Notes under the pieces: generated by a model
Databases searched by the model: none
What the model saw: only the letters and a program-made list of their open reading frames with translations
Told to the model about the DNA's origin: nothing
From: a virus
Lineage: Duplodnaviria > Caudoviricetes
Length of the DNA stretch: 54,081 nt
IMG/VR virus record: IMGVR_UViG_3300020021_000019
Span: 1-54,081 of that record
Reading direction: 5' to 3' (one strand)
Shown: positions 27,157 to 36,177 of the stretch, one piece after another
Layout: each line of letters starts with the position of its first letter
How positions within the stretch are numbered: the stretch's first letter is position 1
Translations under genes and position numbers: made by a program

Positions 27157-27867
27157 CTACATGCAGAGCAGTGTGGCCCGCTGTGCGTCCGGTGGTGGAG
27201 CGCTGGCGCCAGCCACCGCCTGCGCCAGCGCAATGACAATCACCATCGGCGCGGTCGTGACACTCGGGGTCTGCGATCCCGTGCCGGTGAGACTGCCGGT
27301 GGCGCCGGCCCCCACCGAGTCCTGGATCGCAATCTCGACATCGAGCTTGCCGGCGTCCGAATCGTCGACCTTTTCGGTGAACCCACCCGGCGGCGTATGG
27401 GTCAGCGTGCCGCCGGTCGCCGTGTCATTGGACCCGATGAAGATCAGGTCGCAGATCGCCGTGGTGACCGAACCAAAGGCGGCGGACAGCATGTTCCACG
27501 TCGAATTGAACGTGGTGCTCGACACCAGCGCACTGACCCGGTGCAGGAAGGCTGCGGGGTCTTCGCCGGAATGCGCGAGGATCCAGAGCCTCATCGGGTC
27601 GCCCTGGTTGTTCGTGAACTGGTAGGTCGAGGGCTCGGCGCCACCGGCCTTCTTCTGCATCACGAACAGCGTCTGCCCATCCGATCCGGAGTTGAGCGGC
27701 GAGCCCGTCACATGGCTCCAGCCCGCCGGTCCGGTCACCGTCCCCGCGCCCCCGTTGTCACATGGGAGCACCGCCGTCAGGATGTCGTCGATCGAGGTCC
27801 CGGGCGGCTTGTTACAGATCGGGTTTGACGCCGCCGTGAGCTGGGCGTCAAAGGACCGATAGGGCAT
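27157..27867 (-). CDS. Hypothetical virion decoration/fibre domain protein
   Basis: KPPGT..DDIL..TGPAGW..KKAGGAEPSTYQFT beta-sandwich pattern. Confidence 0.7.
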   Translation of the reverse strand: MPYRSFDAQLTAASNPICNKPPGTSIDDILTAVLPCDNGGAGTVTGPAGWSHVTGSPLNSGSDGQTLFVMQKKAGGAEPSTYQFTNNQGDPMRLWILAHSGEDPAAFLHRVSALVSSTTFNSTWNMLSAAFGSVTTAICDLIFIGSNDTATGGTLTHTPPGGFTEKVDDSDAGKLDVEIAIQDSVGAGATGSLTGTGSQTPSVTTAPMVIVIALAQAVAGASAPPPDAQRATLLCM

Positions 27868-28974
27868 TTAGGGCCAGCCGGGATCCACGGTCCCGATGTG
27901 GATGTTGTCGAACTGGAAGTGGCTCGGACCGAGGTCGTTGTTCGGGCCGCCGAACGTCATCTGCGTCACCGGGCCCGCGCAGGGTCCGCCGGGGTTCGTC
28001 AGGGTGGCCACGCTCTCGACGCCATCCTTACCCCACGTTATGGTGGCCGGCGAGGCACAATGCAGATGCATCTTGAACGTGTGCCAGCCCGCGGCGCTGG
28101 GGCTCCCAAGCGCACCGATGTCGTAGTTGGGGCTGTTGGTCAGCGAGAACAGCCAGCTCCAGATCCAGTTGCCCTGGATCTGGTTCATCTCCCCGAACTG
28201 ATTGGGCGCATTCCCGGTGTTCCGGAAAATCACCATCTTCTGGGTGAACACGTTCGGCGTATGAGGGCCGCCGGTCGGTGGGGTGATCACCTTGACCGCG
28301 AACGACACGTAGACATCCGGCCGCCCGCTACCAAGGTCCACGTAGGCCGAGCCATCGTTGCCGGTCAGATTGAAGTCCAGGCACTTCGACCCGCTGTAGC
28401 AGCCTGAGGTGGCGATGCTGGCGTGGGTCACCTGGGTCATCCCGCCGAACGACCCGTCCTCGAACGTCACATTGAACAGGTTGCCGGTGCCCGTACTCGG
28501 CGGCAGCTTGGTGGTATCGACCGGCGGGGGCGTGACCGCGCCGGTGATCGTGACAGTGGCGGTATCGGCCAGCTTCCCGCTCGATGCGATCACTCGATAG
28601 GTGCCCGCCGTCTTGCCGGGCCAGTAGAGGCCGGTCGCGCTCACCGGCCCACCAGTGGCGGTCCAGGTGACCGAGCTCGCACCCGTCGCAGTGAACTGCA
28701 CGAAGTTGCCGCTGATCACGGCGCTGACTGTCTTGGGGCTGACCGTGAGCACGGCGACCGGCGGCTTCGTCGGCACTGTGTCATGAACGACGATCTTTAT
28801 GAGCGTCGTGATCGTCGTGGTCGGCACCCATATTGGAGCCGTTTTCTGCACCGAATCATTCTTCACGACAGTCGTCGTGGTGGTGTCCGGCTTCTGCTGG
28901 GCGCGGAGCGGGACCGCAAAGGCGGCGAGGCCGAGGAGCAGCCAGGCGAGTGGGCGGAAGAGGGAGCGATTCAT
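27868..28974 (-). CDS. Secreted protein with Ig-like domain and lectin/jelly-roll-like domain
   Basis: Signal peptide (..PLRA-QQ), VQFTATG..VTWTATGG..GLY..AGTYRVIA, C-terminal FDNIHIGTVDPGWP. Confidence 0.8.
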   Translation of the reverse strand: MNRSLFRPLAWLLLGLAAFAVPLRAQQKPDTTTTTVVKNDSVQKTAPIWVPTTTITTLIKIVVHDTVPTKPPVAVLTVSPKTVSAVISGNFVQFTATGASSVTWTATGGPVSATGLYWPGKTAGTYRVIASSGKLADTATVTITGAVTPPPVDTTKLPPSTGTGNLFNVTFEDGSFGGMTQVTHASIATSGCYSGSKCLDFNLTGNDGSAYVDLGSGRPDVYVSFAVKVITPPTGGPHTPNVFTQKMVIFRNTGNAPNQFGEMNQIQGNWIWSWLFSLTNSPNYDIGALGSPSAAGWHTFKMHLHCASPATITWGKDGVESVATLTNPGGPCAGPVTQMTFGGPNNDLGPSHFQFDNIHIGTVDPGWP

Positions 28975-28987
28975 GAGCCGAATCCCA

Positions 28988-29761
28988 TTAGAGAGGCCAA
29001 CCGGTATCGACCGTCCCGATCGAAATGCTGTCGTACCGTGACTTCGAGGCGCCGCTGTTGGCATTCAGGGTCCCGCCGAACGAGACCTGATCCGGGATGC
29101 AGGCGCAGTCGTTTGGGCTGGTGTACTGGAATACATTGTTGACACCGTTGTAGCCGACTGTGATCCGGGTGCCGAGGCCGACGCCGAGAGCCTGATGGCG
29201 GATCTTGACCAGGTTCCTGGTCCCGACCTTCGCGGCGATGGACCCCATGAGGGCAATCACCCGATTGCCAGATTCGGTGAAGAGCAGACTGACGATCATG
29301 TCATCGTCGATCTGGTTCAGCTCGCACGTCAGGTTCGGGACTGATCCCTCGTTGCGCAGAATGCACATCTTCTGGGTCTTCACGCCGCCGACATTCGGCT
29401 GCGTAATGATCTTCAGACCGAACACCGCCCAGAGATCCGGAAACGGTCCACCGACCAGGACCGCATCACCGCGCGCGCCGCTGTCGCCCGTGTTGGTCGG
29501 CACATCCCACTGAAACGCTTTGCCGCTCGGTGAATCCGCGTCGGCCACAATCGAGCAGAATCCCGGATTCGTCAGACTCAGCCCATCGAACAGGCCATCC
29601 GCGAAGCTGGCATTGAACAAATTGCCGAATGCTCCTCCGCCTCCCGCCGCCGCGACGACCGGAGGCCGCGGCGGAACCTGGCGCGGCACCACGATCATGG
29701 GGCGTCCCGAGAGCGAGATCAGTCCCATGGTCAGTATCCGGAACAGGAGGGCGGAGAGCAT
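28988..29761 (-). CDS. Lectin/jelly-roll-like protein, paralog of the downstream gene's C-terminal domain
   Basis: Shares GNLFN, TQKM, NQI, FGG and IGTVDxGWP motifs. Confidence 0.75.
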   Translation of the reverse strand: MLSALLFRILTMGLISLSGRPMIVVPRQVPPRPPVVAAAGGGGAFGNLFNASFADGLFDGLSLTNPGFCSIVADADSPSGKAFQWDVPTNTGDSGARGDAVLVGGPFPDLWAVFGLKIITQPNVGGVKTQKMCILRNEGSVPNLTCELNQIDDDMIVSLLFTESGNRVIALMGSIAAKVGTRNLVKIRHQALGVGLGTRITVGYNGVNNVFQYTSPNDCACIPDQVSFGGTLNANSGASKSRYDSISIGTVDTGWPL

Positions 29762-29768
29762 CCGATGA

Positions 29769-30191
29769 TCAGCTCTTCGGCGCCGGACTGGCTGTGTTGT
29801 GGCCGATCTTGAAGCCCAGCCAGACGATGACGGCACTTCCGACACCGTAAGCCGTCTGCCCACCCCACTGCGCGGCGTCGGCCGGAATCCCCGGCAGCAG
29901 CGTGGCCGCGATACCACCGATGATCAGATAGAGCGTGGTCTTGGCGCCGGCGCTCATTTCAGCGATGAGGCGCCACTGGATCACCTTGTTGAAGAACCAG
30001 AGGATCCCGGAAGTGAGCAGAGCACCGAGGGGAGCGGCGAGCTTCGCCCAGAGGACGGCGAACGTCACCCCGCTGGCGACGTGGATGACGGTGCTATCGG
30101 CCTGGGCGACGACGGCGGCAAACGCCACCACGGGGATGGCGATCACGAAGAGCAGGGCGAGGAAGAGCAGGGTAAGTCGAGCAAACCGCAT
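29769..30191 (-). CDS. Multi-pass membrane protein with N-terminal signal/TM
   Basis: About 4 hydrophobic segments. Confidence 0.7.
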   Translation of the reverse strand: MRFARLTLLFLALLFVIAIPVVAFAAVVAQADSTVIHVASGVTFAVLWAKLAAPLGALLTSGILWFFNKVIQWRLIAEMSAGAKTTLYLIIGGIAATLLPGIPADAAQWGGQTAYGVGSAVIVWLGFKIGHNTASPAPKS

Positions 30192-30231
30192 ACAGCCTCC
30201 GGAGTGAGCACCGGGAGCCCCGGTGTGTGGG

Positions 30232-30789
30232 CTACGAGCCGCGAGTCACGGTCGCCGAGCCCCACTGGCCCGCGATCAGCGTGTAGGTCAGGAACGGTTG
30301 CAACCACCGCTGGACGATGCCGGGCAACCGCTCGAGCGCGGTCCCACTGGCGCCTGGCTCGAAGTACTCGGTCTCCAGCACATCGATCTTCTTCCGCTTC
30401 ACCCGGGCCGCGGTGGGATCCGGGCTGAGGACATCGACCGTGGCTCCCACCTCAAAGGCGCTGGAGTAACTGAAGGCCAGCTCAATGTTTGACTTCACGA
30501 TGTTGACCGGAACCTCGGTCTCCCCGTCGCGGGGGAACTCCAGCGCCTGGTCCTCGCTCGTCTTGTCGCCCTCGAAGTCGATCAAGTAGCCGTCTTCGCG
30601 GGTCTCACCGAGCGAGTCGATATCCTGGGCACCGGTGACCAGCGCCTGGATCTTCTGATCACTGGTCAGGGCCAACCAGTTGGTGCCGACGACACCGACC
30701 CGGTACTGTGCCGCCAGATCAGCGGCGGCCACATCGGCGTAGGCGTTGGCCGTCGCCGAACCCGGGTCGTTGTCGAGCGTCAGCGGCAC
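30232..30789 (-). CDS. Head-tail adaptor (annotated in databases as DnaT-like)
   Basis: ANAYADVAAAD..QALEFPR..KIDVLETEY. Confidence 0.85.
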   Translation of the reverse strand: MPLTLDNDPGSATANAYADVAAADLAAQYRVGVVGTNWLALTSDQKIQALVTGAQDIDSLGETREDGYLIDFEGDKTSEDQALEFPRDGETEVPVNIVKSNIELAFSYSSAFEVGATVDVLSPDPTAARVKRKKIDVLETEYFEPGASGTALERLPGIVQRWLQPFLTYTLIAGQWGSATVTRGS

Positions 30790-30795
30790 GGTGGC

Positions 30796-31200
30796 CTACT
30801 GATCGAGCTCGGCCAGCCGGGCCTCGTAGATGGCCACGGCGCCGGTCCGGTTGTCGCCGGCCTGCATGGCCCTGACATCGGCCGCAGTCGGGAGATCGGC
30901 CACCGCGGCCGGCAGATCGGCCAGGGTCGGATACTTCTTGGCGTCACTGACTCCGCTGGAGCCCGCATCGGGCGCTGGGGGAGCCGGGACCAGGGTCACG
31001 CCGGCGGCCGCGCTCTTCAGCGCGCCGGCGATGGCCAGGCCGACCTGGTCGGCGTATGACGGAGCGCCCAAGGCGCCCGGCTGCTTGCTCGGATCGGTGT
31101 CCGGGCCCTTCGCGGGCGCGTCTGCGATCGCCTTGCCCTCGGCATCGACCGCGGTCTCGTCGATGTAGTACAACCCGCCGTCGCGCTTTGCCTTTGCCAT
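30796..31200 (-). CDS. Hypothetical protein downstream of the capsid gene
   Basis: In-operon ORF with GGAG RBS. Confidence 0.65.
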   Translation of the reverse strand: MAKAKRDGGLYYIDETAVDAEGKAIADAPAKGPDTDPSKQPGALGAPSYADQVGLAIAGALKSAAAGVTLVPAPPAPDAGSSGVSDAKKYPTLADLPAAVADLPTAADVRAMQAGDNRTGAVAIYEARLAELDQ

Positions 31201-31260
31201 GAGTCGAGTCTCCAGAAAGCCCGAAGGCCCACCTGCCACGAGGGCGGGTGAGCGGCTGGG

Positions 31261-32322
31261 TTACAGGGTGAAGGTCGGCGCCGAGTAGCTGGCGTTATTG
31301 AACTGGAGGACGCCACCGTTGAGGCGGTTCCAGACCCCGATGCCGAACATGTGCTCGTAGTATTCGGCGCGGAGCGGGAAGGACTCAATAGTGGCCTCGA
31401 GGTGCAGGCCAGCGCTGTCCGGATCGGTCCGCATGACCAGCGGCTTCCGGGGATCCGCGGTGTCGGTGACGAAGGCGTAGTTCGCGATCGCCCACGGCTT
31501 GGTCCAGACTTCCGCCTGGCCGAAGATGCCGATCGCGCGGTTGTCCATCCGGGCCGGGTTGGCCCGTTCCTGATTCGGCTGGTTGGCGTTGGCGTTCAGT
31601 GAGAACCGGGGGTCGATGTAGGCCGAGAAGCCGGTCAGCGCCGCCACGGCGGCGGCATCGGCCACGTTGATGAACACCTTGACGGCCCCACCGAACCCGT
31701 GCTCCACGACATCGTTGATCGAGGCTTGGAGCACGGCCGCGGTCAGTGTGGCATTGGCGTCGTAATGGGTGTGCGACGTGCCGTCGTAGGCCTCGCCGTT
31801 CGGCCCGTCCTGGATGTTGGACGAGTCGGCGTTGATGAAGGCCTTCACCGCCAGACTGGCCTTGTCGACGTTGAGGTCGACGAAGGTGTAGTTGGTGGGG
31901 GTGTAGATGGCCTTCTGCAGCTGATACCGGATCCGGCGCAGGTCGGCCTTCTGCTGCGCCTGCTGGGCGATGGCGTAATCCGCCGGGGTCGCCTTCTTCT
32001 CGAACTGCTTGGTGAAGCCCACGGCGAAGTGGAACTTCTGCAGCGGGAACCCGATCAGGACGCCAGGGGCATCCTTCTGGGTCGGCGCCCGGGAGAACTC
32101 ATCCACTTCCTGCGAGTCGCCGCCGATCGAGCTGCCGGAGATCCGCTGCCGGTCCTGACTGACCGCGCACAGGTCCGTCAGCATCTGCTGGACCATGGCG
32201 TTGTAGTTGGCATTGTCCGCCGCGAGAACTTCCTCGATCGTGGACAGGCCGAACTTGACCGCCGACTGGAAATTGACGGCGAGCAGGGAACTGATGTCGA
32301 GAGTGCCGGTCTTCTGTGCCAT
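31261..32322 (-). CDS. Major capsid protein
   Basis: 353 aa; position after scaffold and cement genes; C-terminal FGIGVWNRLNGGVL. Confidence 0.85.
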   Translation of the reverse strand: MAQKTGTLDISSLLAVNFQSAVKFGLSTIEEVLAADNANYNAMVQQMLTDLCAVSQDRQRISGSSIGGDSQEVDEFSRAPTQKDAPGVLIGFPLQKFHFAVGFTKQFEKKATPADYAIAQQAQQKADLRRIRYQLQKAIYTPTNYTFVDLNVDKASLAVKAFINADSSNIQDGPNGEAYDGTSHTHYDANATLTAAVLQASINDVVEHGFGGAVKVFINVADAAAVAALTGFSAYIDPRFSLNANANQPNQERANPARMDNRAIGIFGQAEVWTKPWAIANYAFVTDTADPRKPLVMRTDPDSAGLHLEATIESFPLRAEYYEHMFGIGVWNRLNGGVLQFNNASYSAPTFTL

Positions 32323-32349
32323 GGAGAAAGGACTCCGGTTGGGCCGCCG

Positions 32350-32754
32350 TTAGGCCGCGTTGAGGATGACGCGGATGTCGGTCGCGCTGAGGGCACGCGC
32401 GATGGCGACGAGGCCGCCGGTGGTGGCCGCGGTATCCAGGCGGCCTGCGGTCGCGGCCACGAAGTAGCTGGCCCCGATGGTCAGGCCGGACCCGTACCGG
32501 AACCGGGCGCCGATGCCGAACAGCGTGACCGGTTCGCCGATCGCGCAGGCCCGGGCGGTGAATCCGTCGAACTTGGCGGCTTCATTGGCCGCGGTGCCGT
32601 TCGACATGTAGACCTTGCCGTCCGCGGCCTTGATGTAGCAGGCCGCGCCGACGTCCAGGGCTTCGCCGGCGTACAGATTGCCGGTGATCGAGGGCGCGAA
32701 CATGCCCTGCGAGGCGTCCATGCTGCACTGAGCAACCCGAGTGACGAGTGCCAT
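32350..32754 (-). CDS. Capsid cement/decoration protein
   Basis: AGEALDVGAACYI..DGKVY..GLTIGASYFV..AGRL. Confidence 0.8.
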   Translation of the reverse strand: MALVTRVAQCSMDASQGMFAPSITGNLYAGEALDVGAACYIKAADGKVYMSNGTAANEAAKFDGFTARACAIGEPVTLFGIGARFRYGSGLTIGASYFVAATAGRLDTAATTGGLVAIARALSATDIRVILNAA

Positions 32755-32787
32755 GGCGATCCATCCTCTTGTGAGTGATCCAACTGC

Positions 32788-32850
32788 AAAAAGCCGGGGC
32801 ACGGCCTCAGGGTCCCGTATGCGGGACCATCTGAAAGGCCACACCCCGGC
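32788..32850 (-). terminator. Intrinsic terminator with a long interrupted stem
   Basis: GCCGGGG..GGCCT..GGTCCCG/CGGGACC..AGGCC..CCCCGGC followed by TTTTT on the minus strand. Confidence 0.7.
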
Positions 32851-32991
32851 ATCGCGCCAAAGCCGATCACCGATGGGCATCGCGCCGATCGGGTCGTTGT
32901 GTCTATGTCTGCGGAGCCTCGCGCTCCGCCATTCGGTTGCCAGGCCTCGCGCCTGGCGCTGCTATCAGATCAGCCCATCGCGGGCTGGATC
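32848..32991 (-). repeat. Array of five hairpins with GCGA(T/G) loops
   Basis: Stems at 32971-32987, 32939-32957, 32911-32929, 32876-32886 and 32848-32858; stem sequences vary, loop conserved. Confidence 0.85.
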
Positions 32992-32997
32992 ATCCGT

Positions 32998-33675
32998 TTA
33001 CAAGGCGCCGGCGATATCAGCGTTCCGGCGCGCCATCACGGCGCTGTTCGTAGCCGGTGCTTCTTCGGCGTCACCGTCCGACCCGCCGGCACCACTGCCG
33101 CCAGCGCCTGACCCTTTGTAGAAGAAGGGGCATTCCTTCTTGTACGTGATCTTGAGGAAGTCCTCGACCGTCTCAGCGGTCACCTTTCCCGCGGCATCAC
33201 GAACCAGAAACCCCTTCTTGTCCTCGGTCCGGTCGATTCGACCATTCGGGCCGGGCGCCAGATCCTTCATCGCCTTGTCAATCCGGTCGATCATGACCCC
33301 GAAATTCAGGGCCAGGTACCGGACATGGTCGACCAGTGTGACCTTCAGATTCTCGGCCTTCAGCTGCTCGTTCTCATCGAGAATCGGCTTCCGAGCCAGC
33401 GCTTCGGCGTCCCTGATCTCCTGCAGTTGCTGATCGGTGACTCCGTTTTCCTTGGCCTTCTTGGTCAGCTTCAGCGCGGCGAGGTCTTCCTCGGCCTTCT
33501 TCGCCCGCTTGTCGGCTTCCTTCCGGTCGTCGCGCTCTTTCTGGAGCGTGGCCTCGAGCTTGGAGACATCCGGCACCTCGGTGGCCTTCGGGTGCCATTT
33601 GCCGTCCCGTTCCTCGTAGATCGCCTTGAAGGCCTCGGGAACGTCTTCTTCTTTGTCAAAGACCGGCAGCGCCAA
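32998..33675 (-). CDS. Capsid scaffolding protein
   Basis: VPEAFKAIYEERDGKW..KLEATLQKER coiled coil..FFYKGSGAGGSGA; TTG start inferred. Confidence 0.85.
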   Translation of the reverse strand: MALPVFDKEEDVPEAFKAIYEERDGKWHPKATEVPDVSKLEATLQKERDDRKEADKRAKKAEEDLAALKLTKKAKENGVTDQQLQEIRDAEALARKPILDENEQLKAENLKVTLVDHVRYLALNFGVMIDRIDKAMKDLAPGPNGRIDRTEDKKGFLVRDAAGKVTAETVEDFLKITYKKECPFFYKGSGAGGSGAGGSDGDAEEAPATNSAVMARRNADIAGAL

Positions 33676-33771
33676 GCGAACCTCGCATCGAGGGATGGTG
33701 AGCGACACCCCGGAAACGACAAACGCTCGGCCTCCGGGTTTCCCCAGATCCGAGCGCCGGACCACATCAAG

Positions 33772-33800
33772 ATTGTCCTGCGATGAACGATTCTAGGCAA
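33772..33800 (-). promoter_or_regulatory. Putative promoter for the scaffold-capsid operon
   Basis: TTGCCT-17 bp-GACAAT in the intergenic gap. Confidence 0.45.
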
Positions 33801-33814
33801 TCATGCGCGAATCG

Positions 33815-34795
33815 TCAAGCGGCAACTAGCGCCGACAGGTCGCCATCACCTGGCCTGACCTGACCGTTGGTCTCGTAAATCGGGATGCAGCGGCAGTTGT
33901 ATTCGGTGTCGCCAGGCAAGAACTGCCCGTTCGAGAAGTTGCCATCCCATGGCACCGTGTTGCCCTGCATCAGGACGTGGCTTTCCCGTTCCCGGTCGTC
34001 CAGGACACCAGACCACCGCTTCGTAAGAGTACCCCCGTCAAGGAACCCCTGATCCACCGCGTTCTTGTAGCCCAAATGTTCAGCTAGCCGATTGGCGTCC
34101 AGCGCCGCGGTCCGGGCATTCGTCTCGGCATTCGTGGCGATCCAGCTCTGGCGGTACGCCTCGGTCATCTTGTCGATCTGGCCCTCGCTCAGGCCGTTCC
34201 CGGCGAAGGCCTTCCTGATCGTGCCCACCGAGCGCTTGTCCAGCAGCGTCCGCTCGAGGGCCGAGAGATCCCCGTCGAGCAGCTCCTGACGGAAGTTCTC
34301 CACGTAGGACAGCTGGTTGGGCGCCAGGCCAATTACGCTGCGCAGCTGCCGGGCAACTTCCCGCGGGTTGACCCCAGCGCGGAGACCCTGCTCCACGTAG
34401 GCCCGGACGACCTCGCGCACCCCATCCTTGAGCCCACCGATGACCGCGGTATCGAGCTCCCGGATAGCTACCACGACATCGGGGCTGAGGACATTGAAGG
34501 CGATGCCACGCGCCGACGCCGGCAGCGTCCGGGTGACGGATTCGGCGGCCTGCTCGACTCCGTTGCGCAGGGTCTTCTGGGATGCCGCGAATGCCTGGTC
34601 CAGTACCTGAGCAGACAGCGGGCCCTCGAAGATCAGCTCGATCTGCTGGCTCCGGATGATCTGCTCGAGCTGGGTCTCGCTGACCGAGGCCCTGAGCTTG
34701 TTGAAGGCCCTGAGGATGGACTGGCGCAGTTCGGGGGAGAGCTGGCTGGCTCTCCGCTCGAGGCGGCGCCGGAACAGGATCTCGGTGGGGCTCAC
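33815..34795 (-). CDS. Head morphogenesis protein (SPP1 gp7/Mu F-like)
   Basis: KRWSGVLDDRERESH..YNCRC. Confidence 0.9.
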   Translation of the reverse strand: MSPTEILFRRRLERRASQLSPELRQSILRAFNKLRASVSETQLEQIIRSQQIELIFEGPLSAQVLDQAFAASQKTLRNGVEQAAESVTRTLPASARGIAFNVLSPDVVVAIRELDTAVIGGLKDGVREVVRAYVEQGLRAGVNPREVARQLRSVIGLAPNQLSYVENFRQELLDGDLSALERTLLDKRSVGTIRKAFAGNGLSEGQIDKMTEAYRQSWIATNAETNARTAALDANRLAEHLGYKNAVDQGFLDGGTLTKRWSGVLDDRERESHVLMQGNTVPWDGNFSNGQFLPGDTEYNCRCIPIYETNGQVRPGDGDLSALVAA

Positions 34796-36157
34796 TTCCG
34801 CCACCACGCTTTCTTCGGCACTGGCTCAGCACGTACCGTGATGGTGGTCGGGGTGACCTCGACAATGCGGACCAATCCCGCCGCTGGCTTCTGACCGCTG
34901 GGGATCAGGCCCAACTCCAGCAGCTGGTCACCAGTCCAGGTCTGCAGGTCGCCGACCTTCAGTCCGATCATTGGCCCCTCATGACGGTCGGTGTGGTTGT
35001 GGTGTAGTCGACGGTCAGCCGGGCACCGACCCTGCTCAGTTCTTCAGGTGTGGCCAGTCGCGGAGTTCCATCCGGCTCACCAATCAGCCACGGCCCGCCA
35101 TCCCTCGACACCATCAGGCCGGGACGCAGCCAGTCGCCGCTCACTTGCCCGCCATACGGCGATGCCGCCGACGACGGAACGTTCCCGGGCGCGGGAACAA
35201 CTTGACCCAACCCTGCGAGAAGTCGATGCGGTTCAATGCGGCTTGGTCGGCCCATGCTTCGCCGCGCGGAAGCGTCAGCGTGATCGTCTCACCGGCCACC
35301 CAATCGGGGAACGGCTTGTCGAGGCCCAGATCGACCGTCACCTGGCTATGCCGGGAGCGCCACCGCTTGCGCAGCCTCATTTTCCCGCCATGCGCCGGGC
35401 GCGGCGCGGCCGGAACTTCGAGGGGCCAATCCATGGTCGACGCGGGTTCTGGTTCACCATGTCCTGTTGGCCCCGGAAGGGGTTGGGGCCGTGATACCTC
35501 GCCCTGAGGAACTCCCCGAATACGGCATCCGCGGCAATCGTCATCGAACCATCCGCGGACTTGAGGTAGATGACCCCGCCGGTGTGCCGGCGTTGCCCCG
35601 GCTTCATCTGGTCGATCACCCGATCGTCAAACGGGGGCATTTCCATGAGGAGATGCGTGCGGGGGTCGAAGGTCATCGGGCGAGCTCCGGTGGCTTCGGG
35701 TGGCCTGCGTCAAATTGGACCGGGTCGGCCGGATCGTCGGATCGATGGACGACGATACAGGCGCGATCTTCATCATAGAATGGCACGACTCCACTGCCAG
35801 CGCAACGCCAGCAGTCCGCATCATGCCCCTCGACCCCATCCACCCTCAGGAAGTGCTGGTCATCATCGATATCCGGGTCTTCCGGGCAGACTTGTAGAAT
35901 CTCAGGCCGGCACCAGCAATCCCTCGACTCGTCCTGGTGGGGCCGGCTCATGCAGCCTTGCGCCTGGGCCAGGGTATCGTGCCGTTGAACATCTCGGCCA
36001 AGGTGTAGGCCTGGCGCCGGCTCAGGACACACTCGTCAATATTGGGCACCAGAAAGGGCGCGTTGTTCCGGTAGAGACTGTGGGTGGTGTACTTGCCCCG
36101 ATAGGCGTGGCGCACGACGTGGACAACATTGTGGGCCTGGTCTGCCTTGTTCTTCAT
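34792..36157 (-). other. Six small coupled hypothetical ORFs between portal and head morphogenesis genes (34792-34971, 34968-35144, 35141-35380, 35377-35676, 35673-35951, 35948-36157)
   Basis: Consecutive ATGA/GTGA stop-start overlaps. Confidence 0.65.
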
Positions 36158-36177
36158 GGGAATCCCCTTTCGAGTAG

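Noticed and set aside
31205-31258. Terminator after the major capsid gene
   Set aside because: An imperfect hairpin is present but the U-tract is weak, so it is not called
32848-32991. CRISPR mini-array
   Set aside because: Repeats share only the loop, stems differ, spacing is about 28-35 nt with no true spacers, and no cas genes are present
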